Positions 38,680 through 51,902 of a DNA stretch of 64,000 bases are shown here, piece after piece. This stretch comes from the human T2T-CHM13v2.0 reference genome, Homo sapiens. A program made the translations under genes and the position numbers. How positions within the stretch are numbered: the stretch's first letter is position 1; each line of letters starts with the position of its first letter. The notes below the pieces were generated by a model. It was not told the origin of the DNA. It made no database searches and was given only the letters and a program-made list of their open reading frames with translations. The DNA is taken from the NCBI RefSeq assembly GCF_009914755.1, contig NC_060934.1; one strand, 5' to 3'.

Positions 38680-39146
38680 TAAAGGACTAGATAGGAAATA
38701 TGTTAGGCTTTGCAGGTCACATACAGACTCTGTCACATATTCTTTTTCTTTTTTCTCCTCCTCCTCTTCCTCTTCTTCCTTCTCCTTCCCCTTCTCCTTC
38801 TCTCTCTCCTTTTCCCTACTCCTCCTCTTCCCCCTCCTCCTCCTCTTCCCTCTCCTCTTCCTCTTCTTCCTCCTCCTCCTCCTCTTCCACTCCTCCTCCT
38901 CCTCTTCTCCCTCTTCCTCCTCCTCTTCCCCCTCCTCCTCCTCTTCCCCCTCCTCCTCCTTTTCCTCCTCTTCCTCCTTCCTCCTCCTCCTCCCCCTCCT
39001 TCTTCTTTCTTCTTCTGCCTTTCTTTTTTTCTTCTTTTTCCTCTTCTTCACAACTCTTTAAAAATATAAAGGCTATACTTAGTTCAAGGGCTATAGAGGA
39101 ACGGTGGGCCAGATTTGGTCTGCACACTGCAGTTTGCCGACCCCTG
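38680..39146. mobile_element. MER58 (hAT-Charlie MITE) containing an expanded pyrimidine repeat
   Basis: AAAGGACTAGATAGGAAATATGTTAGGCTTTGCAGG...GGGCCAGATTTGG...AGTTTGCCGACCCCTG. Confidence 0.8.
38741..39048. repeat. (CCT)n/(CTT)n polypyrimidine low-complexity repeat
   Basis: ~300 bp almost purely C/T. Confidence 0.97.
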
Positions 39147-39266
39147 TGCTATACTAAGCACTCTTGATGTATAAAAGAGGTCCCTCTAACCAGAACCAAT
39201 ACACAAGGGCTACAAGAGATATTTGGTGTGTTACAAACTGTTTTGAGAGCACACAGAAGATGAGAG

Positions 39267-40001
39267 TGACTCATTCCTCCTGGGGGATGTCTTCTCAGAA
39301 GAGGTGGCATTTGTGTTGGGTTTTGGAGGATGAGAAACAGTTCACAGGGAGAAAAGCAAGTTATAGAAAGAGCTGTGCCTAGCAAGAGTAAGGCTCTGGC
39401 ATTTGGTAGTCATGTTATGTGGGGTAATGCTTGGCTGGTTCTGAGTTTATCTTTAGGATAGGTATTATTATAGCTATCCTTTTAACTTGGGAAGAAGTGC
39501 AGTGAAAGTTAAAAAAACGAAACAGAGCCCTACTTGAAAAAGTTTAAAGTGCCTTAAAATGTGATTGTTACCTCAGACTCTTCATCTTGCATGAGCTGGG
39601 ATGACTCATGCCACTTATGTGTGCACAGTAATTGCTGAGATTACTGGGCTTATGGCAGGGTGTTTGGGGCCTAATTCTCAGCTCTCAAGAGGGGATGAAA
39701 GTGAGTCAGGAACAGACTTTGACTCCTTTTTAATTGTTATGTGAGTCATTTGCATATTAATCTAAAGCCTAATTTGTTCAGCTCCCTGCTTCTTAAAAGT
39801 ACATGCCAAATGACTGTTTGGTGCTTTTTAGGGACAGTATCAGGGTCTGTTCCCAGGCATTGGGAGTTGAGAGAGGGAAAAGTTGAAATAGGACAAAATA
39901 TAAACAACTAAGATAGAGTTTTTTTTCAATAGGCTGGAGGACCTCGTAGTAGCATCTCTGGGTGTGCTGTCCCCTTATCATTTCACAATGCCTGACATTC
40001 C
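39267..40001. promoter_or_regulatory. Candidate enhancer (AP-1 x4, SOX, octamer, TEAD)
   Basis: TGASTCA at 39267, 39602, 39702, 39742; ATTGTT 39733; ATTTGCAT 39748; CATTCC 39272 and 39996. Confidence 0.5.
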
Positions 40002-40027
40002 AACACAATGGATTCAAGTCCTTCTTT

Positions 40028-41039
40028 TTAATTTTTATTTATTTGTTTAATTTCAATAGTTTTGGGGGTACAGGTGGCTTTTGGTTACGTGGATAAGTTC
40101 TTTAGTGATGATTTCTGAGGTTTTTCATGCACCCATCACCTGAGCAGTGAACACTGTACCCAATATGTAGTCTTTTATCCCTCACCCTCCTCCATCCTTC
40201 CCTGCCAAATCCTCAAAGTCCATTATATCCTTCTTATGCCATTGCCTCCTCATAGCTTAGCTCCCACTTTTAAGTGAGAACATATGGTATTTGGTTTTCC
40301 ATTCCTGAGTTACATTACTTGGAATAAGGGCCTTCAACTCCATCCAAGTTGCTGCAAAGGCCATAGTTCCATTCAATTTTAAGGCTGAGTAGTATTCCAT
40401 GGTGCATATATACCACATTTGTTTATCCACTCATTGGTTGATGGGCATTTACATTGGGTCCATATTTTGCAATTGCGAGTTATGCTGCTGTAAACATGTG
40501 TGTGCATGTGTCTTTTTCATATAATGACTTCTTTTCCTTTGGGTAGATATCCAGTAGTGGGACTGCTGGGTCGAATGGCAGCTCTACTTTCATTTCCTTA
40601 AGGAATCTCCATACTATTTTCCATAGTGGTTATACTCATTACATTCCCACCAGCAGTGTGAAAGTGTTCCCTTTTCTCTGCATCCATGCCAATATCTATT
40701 ATTTTTTGATATCTAAATTATGACTATTCTTGCAGGTGTAAGGTGGTATCTCATTGTGGTTTTAATTTGTCTTTCCCTGATAATTAGTGATGTTGAGCAT
40801 TTTTTCATATTTTTCTTGGCCATTTGTATATCTTCTTTTGAGAATTGTCTACTCATGTCCTTTGCCCACTATTTGATGGGATTATTATTATTTTTTCTTG
40901 CAGATTTGTTTGAGTTCCTTGTAGGTTCTGGATATTAGTTCTTAGTTAGATATATAGTTTGCAAATGTTTTCTCCTACTCTGTGGATTGTTTTTTTCACT
41001 CTGCTGGTTATTTCTTTTGCTGTGCAGAAGGCTTTTAAA
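40028..41039 (-). mobile_element. 5'-truncated L1PB-like element
   Basis: TTTCAATAGTTTTGGGGGTACAGGTGG 3' end; TSD TCAAGTC(C/G)TTCTTT at 40014-40027 and 41040-41053. Confidence 0.92.
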
Positions 41040-41149
41040 TCAAGTCGTTCTTTAAAATGAAAATAGCTTTTGAGGGGAAAGGGGTGGGAAGTGGGACACC
41101 ATACACTAGTTTTTGGTCAGAAAAATGATTTAGTGTATCAGTTCCAGTA

Positions 41150-41370
41150 AACAATGATGGTGTAGACATTGGATACTGAGCAGATTACCTGAGTCCAAAT
41201 TCTTTGTGCAAATTCTTTAGCCTTTATGTTTCTCCATTTATTATACTGACATGAGGATAATGATGATGCTATCTAGTAGTTGCCATTAGGATGTAATGCA
41301 CAACAATATGTCAGGAACATAGTGTAGTGCCTGCCTGGTAGTAATAAATGTTAGCTATTATTATTATTTC
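41150..41370 (+). mobile_element. MIR
   Basis: CAGATTACCTGAGTCCAAAT...TAGTGCCTG...AATAAATGTTAGCTATTATTATT. Confidence 0.6.
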
Positions 41371-43139
41371 TCATTAATGTCAAGTGGCAATGGAGGGATA
41401 ATTTTATAGCTGGAGCTGAGAGTGGCGAGAGGGAAAAGTTGAGATAGGACTAAATATAAACATCTAAGTTACAGTTTTTGTGTTTTTTTTCCCACAGGCT
41501 AGACCTAGCATCACTGGGCATGCTATTTCTTACTGTGTGCCAGTGTTTCAGACCAGAATGATAGATGCCTCCTTCACCCCTCTCTGGACTAATGGGCGAT
41601 AAAGATTTTGTAATGAGACATGGAGAGATTGTTCTGTTTCCTACCTACTGCATCTGGTGTTTGCTTAGTTGACTGTCTTTTTTTCTCCAGGCAGTAAGTT
41701 ACTTGAGGACACGGACTTTGTTGTATCAATCTTTTAAATATTACCACTAGCACAGAACCACTGAGAATATATTTATTTCTAAATAAAATATTCCTTGAAT
41801 GAACAAATAAATAAATCTTCATATTTAATTCTTGAGGAAATCAGTTGTCTATATGTGTAGGCAGATATATTTAGATATTTATGTTCACAGCTAAATTTTT
41901 AAATAATCAAGATGATGCTAAATTCTATGTGCAAACTTGAGCAGATTCCAGAAATACTTACTCTGTTACTGGTCAGTGAAATTCACTTCTCCTTCAATTC
42001 TAGAGAAAACAAAAATCCCAAGCAAAATGATACAAGCCATTTAAACTCTCAAAAGTCTCAAAAAGTAGAAATGTTACCCACTGGAGCATAAGATGAACCA
42101 ATTGAGGATGAGGATTTGAGAAATAAAATGTTTCATTTTTATCGACAGCGAGCCAGTATGATATTAAGACAAAAGACAGCCCTTGATGAAAGAGGCAGTC
42201 AATTCTATCTTTGAGAATTCAGTTTTAAAAAAACCAGATTAACTGGTGATTTTCCTGAAGTGACCTGTCAATTTGTTCCGATAGGTTAATTTGGTAGAAT
42301 CAGCCTCAGATTGGTTTTTCAGCGTGTACCTTAATTGTATTACTTTTCAGCAAAATATTTCTGTCAATCAGAAAATGTTTTTAGAATTAACCTGCTTGCA
42401 ACGCTGAGGTCAAGGAGAGCGGATCCCAAGGACAGCAGGGATCTCTATATATTGTGCACTAGGGAGAGAGCACCCTATGTGGAAATGTGGGGCTTGAAAA
42501 TTCAGGGACCATGTTGGGCAGTAAGTTCATATTGATATATTTTCTTTTAGGAGAAGTCCTGGTACATCTGGAAGTGTAAAAAGTCATCAGTTCTAGTCTT
42601 GGCTCCCCCAGTTTCTTTATTTTGAAGGTTTATGACCTGAGGCAAGACACATCTTCCTATATCACTTTCCTTGACTAGAAAGTGTAAGAGCTGACACGGG
42701 AGACCTTATTTAGCCCCAACCTTATGTGAGTATACAAATTATACTCCCAAATCCGTTCCTGAGACATTGGGAGCTTTTAATGGTTTCAGGGATGTTTACA
42801 AAGTCAGAGCTATTTAATGTTTTCAGGAGCAGAGCTGTTTCCAATCCAGGGGCTATCTAAGGTGCTGTATAAAACATCTAGCCTTGGGGATGGGGGAGCA
42901 GCCAGGAGACTCGGTAAAGATGCATGAGGGTAGATTAGAAGTCTTTCCCCTAGCTGTGGTGGGCCCATTCTGAGGTGACTATGTTAATGTTTATGCTGAG
43001 GAAAACCTATACCCAGAAGATAGTGAGAAGCAGGGAATGTTTTTTTTTTGTGTGTGGGGGGAGGGGGCTGAGTGGTAGAAGACTCTGGAAAGATTTCTGC
43101 TTGAGTGAAAGAGAGATACACAGATAGATCTCAGCCTGG

Positions 43140-43935
43140 GCCATAAGCACCTATTCAGTACCTAGTTTGTCATCAACACTCTGGATATATTTGATATCTG
43201 TCTAGAACAGATGAGGTTCCTGCTTTCATGGAGCCTGTACCCTGGGACGTGCAAAGGACCATGGGAGCACATAGGAGGGACATCTAACACAGGTTTAGGG
43301 AGCTTGGGAAGTTTTCTAGAGAAAGAGATGTTTAAGCAGAAACTAAAAATCATACAGGTAAGGAAAGTGAAGGAAATGTTTAAGGCAGTGCAACCAACAT
43401 GCACAAAGGCCTGGAGGTGAGAGACAGCAGGACATGTTCAAGGATCTGAAAGTAGTTCAATATGGCTGAGGGTGGGAAAGGGGCAGAGAGGGAATGGGGG
43501 AGAGACCACTGAAGTGAGATTCTAGAGGCCTTCTCTAAGCCATGTGAAGGAATTTGGTCTTTAATTTAAATGCAGTGGGAGCTTCTGAGTGACTTCAAGC
43601 AGAACAGTGACCTGATCAGATGTGTGTTTAGAAAGATCCTCCTAGCTATAGAGTGGAGAAAGGGTTTTGGGGGTGGGAGGCAGGGGAAGTCTAGAGATGG
43701 GGAAAGGTAGGAGAGAGGAGTAGAAACTTTTGGAATCTAGGTGAAAGAGAATAGTGGTTTGGATTATGATGGTGGCATGAGATTGGAGAGAAGTGATAGA
43801 TTCAAGAAATGTTTAGGAGGTAGACTAGGCAGAATTCAATGAATCATGTGATGTGAAAAGTAAGGGAAGGAAAATAATTCAGGATGGTGTCCAAAGTCTC
43901 TGTTTTGGACATCTGGGTGATGATGTTCCATTCTT
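43140..43935 (-). mobile_element. L2 LINE
   Basis: TCCTGCTTTCATGGAGC...GCACAAAGGCCTGGAGGTGAGA...AAGCAGAACAGTGACCTGATCAGATGTGTGTTTAGAAAGATC. Confidence 0.8.
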
Positions 43936-44451
43936 TCTGATTTGTACGTGACATTGCAGTGGATGTGGCTGCCTGCTCTATGCTGGCTGTCAGAAACTCC
44001 AGCCCTAGACCTCTCACCTGGCTTCCTGTCCTCCCTTCTTCATCTTCATTGGGAAAGTGCTTTTGTGGGAAGGGTAGTGAAGCCAACCTGGCTTTCAAAG
44101 GCTGTAAGGTTGTTAGAGAAAGGCCATCCATTTTGACCTACTTCTCCCTCTGGGACATGATAAACGCTATTGCTACAAGAGGTTTTTTTTTTTTGTTTTT
44201 TTTGTTTTTTTTGATAAAAATCTTTCTAGAGATGATGAATCCCCATGGGAACTGGACCACTGAAGCAGTCTCTTATTTGGTTTTCTCACTTTTTTTCAAG
44301 CAATCAGCTTGTTGCCAGAGGGCTCTCCTCAAGTCACTCTGTTTTATGGTCTCCATTAGTTCACATTTCTGTTTTTAGCAAAATATCCTATAAATACCTC
44401 GGGGGTGGGAGTCAAAGAGGTTAAAGATGGATCTTTCACCGGCAATAATTC

Positions 44452-44850
44452 TTTTTTTTTTTAACTTTTTAAGTTTAAATTATCATGGGTACATAGTAGG
44501 TGTATATGTATATAGGTTACATGAGATATTTTGATCCAGGCATCCAATGCATAATAATCACATCAGGGTAAATAGAGTATCACCTCAAGCATTTATCTTT
44601 TGTGTTTCAGACAGTCCAATTATACTCTTAGTTACTTAAAAATGTACAATTAAAATTTTTCTTTTTTCTTTTTTTTAACTATACTCACCCTGTTGTGCTA
44701 GCAACTACTAGGTCTTATTTATTATTTCTAACTTTTTTTTTTAGCCATTAACTATTTCCCTATCCCCTTGCCCACCCTGACTACACTTTTCAGCCTGTGG
44801 TGTCCATCCTTCTGCTCTTTTTAGCTACCACAGAGAAGTGAGAACATCCA
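44452..44850 (-). mobile_element. L1MA 3' end fragment
   Basis: GGGTACATAGTAGGTGTATATGTATATAGGTTACATGAGATATTTTGATCCAGGCAT. Confidence 0.85.
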
Positions 44851-45840
44851 GCAGTGGATTTATGAATTATTAGAAGGTACCTCCATGGGTACCTGTTCTC
44901 CAATCCACTGTTGATTCCAGGCAAAAATGCTCTTGGAAAAAGATCTTGCATCAAGTGTGAACTTGAACATGTTCCTTTTGCAAGGGGTGCTTTTATTATG
45001 TATTTTACTTGACAATGGAAGTATTTGCTCCTAGCTTAAGGGATCTCTCTCTTTTGGCAGGTTAGAAAACAATTTTTTTTTAACTTTTTGTTTATTTTGG
45101 GTCTTTCTTTTTTATTATAATTATGCAAGAAATATCCATTTAATGTTGGGAAAGTGGAGAAGAGTTAAGTAAAAAGAAGAAAAAATGTAAAAATCACCTG
45201 TAATCCTACCTCTTAGAGGTAATAACTATTAACAATGAGCACGTGTCCTTGAGTCTTGTTTCTAAGTACATATTTTTTTCAGAGGCTTTTCTGAACCCCA
45301 GTATGCAGCTGTCTCCTGGGCTGGAACTAAGCTTAGTGTGGACTGCAACCATGTTCATCTTATTCACTGTCTGAAACCTGGCACCTAGCATAGATCCTGG
45401 CACATCAGAATTGTCAAGACAGTATTTGTAGAATAAATGAATTTGTGTATTTATGTTTGCATGTTGGTTTTTAGTTCACGGTTCCTGCAGTTTCCAGCTT
45501 GGGTCATATGATACTCCTCACCTTTGAGTCAGCAGGGAGGAGAAAGGGTGTTCACTCTGCAGTCAGAGGTGGTATGATAATTTTCACAGCGTAGCTTTAC
45601 CAACTTGAGAGCCTGGTAAGTTCTCAATTAACACATGTTGAGGTACCTAGTGCACAGATTCTTTTGGAATTGCTTGTGCAGCTGAGAAGCTAATAAACAT
45701 CTCTTTCTTAGGGAATTAGCCTTCTCTCTATTTCCTCCATGACTCATAAGGATATGTTTCCATGCTGCAATTTTTGTCCATGTGACCCTAGGTCTCTTGT
45801 TCTGGGTTGACTGAATGAAGTATAGAAACTTAACCTGATA

Positions 45841-46155
45841 CAGATGGTCCCCAACTTATAATGCTTCTACTTAAGATTTTTTGACTTTATTATGGTGTAA
45901 GACTGCAGCAATTTTGACAAAATCTGCAGTATTCAATAAGTTACATGAGCTCTTCAACACTTTATTATAAAATAGGCTTTGTCTTAGATTATTTTTTCCA
46001 CTGTAGGCTAATGTAAGTGTTATGAACATGTTTAAGGTAAGTTAAGCTAATGTTTGGTAGGTTAGGTGTATTAAATGCATTTTTGACTTAAAGATATTTT
46101 CAACTTATGATAGGTTTATCAGGATGTAACCCCTTCATAAGTCAAGGAACACTTG
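45841..46155. mobile_element. MER47/Tigger5 (TcMar-Tigger) MITE
   Basis: Terminal inverted repeats CAGATGGTCCCCAACTTA...TAAGTCAAGGAACACTTG flanked by TA dinucleotides. Confidence 0.85.
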
Positions 46156-47239
46156 TATGGAAAAATCTCTTAGGAATTTAGAAATGGGACTGTTTACTTG
46201 GCTGGACCATTACTTGTTAACTTGGGAGCTGCAGGGTGGATATCTTTCTTACCATGGGGATTGGGAAGCAAAGAAACCCAGTGAACGGAGAGAATCATGA
46301 AGGTTGTACAAAGATCAGCACAAATGAGAGATGGAAAGAGAACCCTAATGCCCTTCCTGTCTTTCATCCAGTTCTTTCTTCAGACCCAGCTACACTATGG
46401 ATTCCATGATATTCTCTTGTATCTCTTAGCAATGTCCCCTCATGTCTTTTTTTCTAGCTAGCTTGAGTTGGTTTCTGCTACTTGCACCCAAAGAGTCTAA
46501 GTAAAACACATAACACACTAGCTTCCTGGCAAAACAAAGATCCCAGCATAGTTTTCTTTAGACCCCGAGAATATAATTCTCTTTTTCATGCTCACTTGGG
46601 TGTGCCATTTTATACAGACGCTTTCTAGAGGTGATGTCCAATTAGCCTGGTGGTGGCTCTGGACAGCTATACTTTGGCCATTACTCACAGGGCAGCTTGC
46701 TTTCTTGGTAGGTATCAGAAAAAAGCTTAGAGATAATTGCATCCAGTTCCCTTCTGAACTAAATCTGTTATGACTTGGTATTGTGCCAAGCATAGCAGCT
46801 CAGCTCTGATGGATTCAATCCTTCTGAGAAACATATGACCAGAATCAGGAACACTGATAACATTTTATAACCTGCTGAGGGCAATGTTTTCCTACAATTA
46901 ATGCTCATAAATATCTTACATTTTCTGTAAATCCAGCTCTGAACCCAAGATGTTTTGGCAAGAATTACAGAGCGTTTTGGGACTTTCGTCACATGCTGTT
47001 CTCTGAATTTAGTAACTGAGTGAATGCATTATGTACCAAATTCTTACTTGTTTAAAGACATAAAGGACTATGTTTTCAAATTGAAGTCATTTTAAGGTTT
47101 TGCATCTGTTAAATTGAAGAAAAAAGAAACCCAACCTAGCCATATTTGGGCTGAGTCTATATAGCAAAGGAAAGTCAGGAGTTGCGACAATTGACTGATC
47201 AAATGATTAAAAGGACTTAGAAGAGAACAAACTACTTCA

Positions 47240-47490
47240 TGTTTAAGGGACGTGGCTTTTGAGTTAAAGGCATGTGGGTTGGAGCCTGGCCCTGTCCTTG
47301 TCTACCAGATGGCCCTGAGCACATTTTGTTACTTTTTTACACTCCAGACTTGTTCTCCATAAAATGGGATTGAAATAGTACCTACCTCAGAATGATTTGT
47401 GAAGATTAAATGAGATAGTGCACATAAAGCACCTGGTATAGTGATGGGACATGGTAAAAACTCATCAAATGTCAAATGATTATTTATATG
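47240..47490 (+). mobile_element. MIR
   Basis: ATAAAATGGGATTGAAATAGTACCTACCTCAG...GTGAAGATTAAATGAGATAGTGCACATAAAGCAC. Confidence 0.75.
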
Positions 47491-47574
47491 TAGTGCTTGG
47501 GTAAGGCAGATTGAGGGTGAGTGTGTGCAGGATAGGATGGGCTGCTGTTAATTTAACAATTCTTTGGAAAAAGG

Positions 47575-48110
47575 TGCAGTAAAGTATACTCCTGAGAGCC
47601 AAATCTGGCTAGCAGCCAGTTTTTCTCTGGCCCACAATCTAAGAGTGATTTTAAGTCTTTAAAGGTGACAATGTGGAATGAACTTCACTTGAAACCCTCT
47701 TCTGGGCAAAAGCAAATATTAAACAATCTCTCCACGCTTTTGTCTTCTGAGGCGAATTGCAGATGACCAGCCTACTCTGAGATATTCCAAGATAACACCT
47801 GTTTCCACCCTTCCTCAAAACTACCGTAAAACTCGAGGATGATTCCTTTGTTTACCTTGTTTACCACAGGTCCCTTTCTCTCTCTCTCTCTTTTTTTTTT
47901 TTTGAGATGTTCTTCATGCAGTAACATTGACCTTATTCCAATAGCTTGAATGAAATCATTGCCTTAATTGTCTGGTGCATTTTGTTTTTGACACAGGGCC
48001 ATTCTCAAACAAAAGCAAAAACAAAAATATATGCAACATAGACTGTATGTTGCCTTCAATGCCTAAAATATTTAGTATTTTGCTTTACAGAAAAATTTTG
48101 CTGACTCCCA
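47575..48110. mobile_element. MER58 split by an LTR insertion
   Basis: GCCAAATCTGGC...GGCCCACAATCTAAGAGTGATTTT, then after the LTR GACTGTATGT...GCCTAAAATATTTAGTAT...TTTACAGAAAAATTTTGCTGAC. Confidence 0.75.
47666..47993 (+). mobile_element. ERV1-class solo LTR (same family group as 392-811)
   Basis: TG...CA termini; 3' end CCTTAATTGTCTGGTGCATTTTGTTTTTGACA; flanks AAGG/CAGG. Confidence 0.6.
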
Positions 48111-48821
48111 TGTCTGGAATGAAAGGGTCCCAGTCCAAAACTCTCTACCAGCCATAGACCCTCCTTTGTATACCTGTTGAACATGCTAGGTGATTCCCCT
48201 TCTAATTCAGATGCACCATAAGATGAGTGGTTCAATCAGAGCATTGGAACAGGAGGAAGGAGATTGTATAATTGGAAATTATAGCAGATGAAGAATGGCC
48301 AAAGGTATTTATGCTGTACATTTTTGTTATATTATCTCATTTAATTCTTCACAATCTTGCATTTATTTACCATCATTATTTAAATGATGAAGATAAATGA
48401 TTATTTGTCATTTGGTATTATTACAATTTCACAGATTATATAATTGAGTTTATTGAAGTTAATTCATGTTCCCAAAGTCACAGAGCTAATAACTGAAATG
48501 TGAATCTTAAATGAATCTGACTCCAAAGCCACGCTTTTTTCTCCTAAAATTGCATTATGTTTAAGAATTTGAAGCTCTTTTGTGTAGAATAATGAGTACA
48601 CTTAGGTGCTATACTAGGAAGATGGAACTAGGCAGATTTTCCAGCTCATTAAGCAGGAGAATGTTTAACAACTAGGGCTTCCCACCCAGGGGCCAAGTCT
48701 GTGTGACGTTTCCCATTTAGTACTTTGTATATTTAAAGATATGATTCCAAGATTTAAAAAAATCTATAATTCTTGCTATAATATGTTTTGGTATATACAG
48801 TTTGTTTTGCAGGATTTTGAT

Positions 48822-49004
48822 CAGTGATTCTCAAGGGCAATTAGTATGTGAGAATAGGCCACCTAGGAGAAGGGCATATCAGAATCACTTGAGGAACTTT
48901 GTCATTCTAAATATTCTTATAGGTTTTAATACCTTTGAGATCCACTCTTACATTTGGAAGTGTGTCCTTAGGTTTAGACATGAAAAAATATTTGAGTACC
49001 ACTG
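48822..49004. mobile_element. hAT-Charlie MITE (MER5-like)
   Basis: TIRs CAGTGATTCTCAA ... TTGAGTACCACTG; internal CATATCAGAATCAC. Confidence 0.7.
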
Positions 49005-50327
49005 TTTAGATACTTGTGCCACAAGTGATAATTTACAAATGTCAAAACTCTAGGAGCATTTCGCATCCTAATTTAGAGTATTAATGGTACTGTTTTATTC
49101 CATTTAAGCATATTTAATTTTTTTTAACTTTACAACCCTGAAACCATTTTTGAGGTGGGCGATAATTTTTTTCTCTACCTGCTTAGCAGTTGCAAGGGAA
49201 ATAACTGATTTGAATTTAATTACACTATTTCCCACCCCTGACAGCACCCCAGTGTAGGTTACCTTCAAGCATTTCAAATTCATGGAAAGGTTGACTTTTT
49301 TTCCTGTTTCTCTATGTAAATTATCTATATTTCTTGTTGTGACTTGCTGACCACCTCCACTGGGATTTAGGGGTAAACAATCTGCTTTCACTAGTCTTTG
49401 AAATTGGTGATTAGAAGTATGTCTTTGCAGAAATAGCATGCTGTTGGAATATTGGCTCTGAAGAACAGAATAATATCTTTTGTTTTTAAACATGAGAGTT
49501 TATTTTTGAAGTACAAGGTTAATGATTTATAATATTCTGAAAGCTTTTAATATGTGTGAAGGAATTATTTGGGTTTAAAATTATTCTACTTTAACATGTT
49601 AGAGGAGCGTCTGTTAATTTTAGGTAGCTGGTGCCTTATGCAGAGAAATTTCTTTGACATTCAAAGGCTGTTTAAAAACATTAGTTTGTCTTCTATGGAT
49701 GTAACTTGACTGGAGTTACATTAGCTTAAAGAAGTTTCAATTTAAATAAAAATGACTGGAGATTAACACTCAACAAATGCCTGAAGGTTACAATTGGGAG
49801 CCACATTTGTCATTCTTTTGAGTGTTTTTCTTAAACAAGATTCTGGTTTTAGTGTAGTAAAACCCACGAAAAATATGAGTTAAAACACACAGAAACTTTA
49901 CAAGGAACACACACACACACACATGCCCTGAAATAAATAGATTTTCTCTGTAAGTCTTTTACAAAACTCAATATAAGTAGCTTCCATTTATTTAACTAGT
50001 TGGATTTTTTTAGTATCTGCTATGTGCCAGACATTAAAAACTAAGTATATTTATATATATTGTCTCATTTCATTCTCTTAATAATTCTTTAACGTATGTC
50101 CTGTTACCTCCATTTTAGAGATAAAAAATGAAACACAACAAGGTTAAATAAATTGGCTAAAGTCATAGCTTTTTGCCTACTGGAAAAAGATGGCATTTGA
50201 CAACAGTTCTGACCTGGGTGTTCCAGTTCTTTTGGCCACTAGTTAGCTGTCATCAAGGCCAATTAACATTATTTTATCAATATACATAGTGGACTAGCAT
50301 GATGTTCTGTAGAAAGTAAAGATAATC

Positions 50328-50626
<299 letters not shown>

Positions 50627-51217
50627 TAAAGATAATCAATGTCCTTTTTGACTCTATTGAGGTAGGATAGGTAGTCAAGGAAGTAACCATGTCCTTGGGA
50701 CAACCATGGTGACCTTACAGTGAACACAGTTGACCTCAGCATTTGCATTGTAGTCAAGCTCATTCAAGCAAAGCTATCTCCAGTAGGGAGTTTCCCCTGT
50801 AGAAAACACACACATTTTGATTTTACCTGTCCTCAAACGGACACTTTGCTCATTATAATCATGAAAAACACACCCCTGGGTGGAGATTTAAGATGTTAAT
50901 GAGACATGCAATATATGAACATGCATGTACAGCTACTATGCATGTACACCCAGAGGACCACCCATAACATGCTTACTAGCAACACCTTTTCCCACCTCCT
51001 TATGAATAATTATGTAAGGCTCCCATAAAGGAGCCTTCCTAGTGCCAGTCTTTGCTGTCTCATCCTTATGAGCAGCCTCCCCTGAATCCTTTCTCAGGGT
51101 GTACTGTCAATTCTGCCATTAACTTTCAAAATATTCTTTCTCCTTTGCAATAAATTGCTCTATGCTTCATCTCCTTTGCTGTGTGTCTCTTGTTTAAATT
51201 CTTTTAAACTGATAAGA

Positions 51218-51902
<685 letters not shown>

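Noticed and set aside
38660-39167. Poly-E/K/S/P ORFs
   Set aside because: Translations of the (CCT/CTT) low-complexity tract
41675-41700. TTTTTTCTCCAG-GCA-GTAAGT as a 3-nt microexon or recursive splice site
   Set aside because: Not the direct AG|GT recursive motif, and it lies at the edge of an L2 3' fragment, so chance is likely
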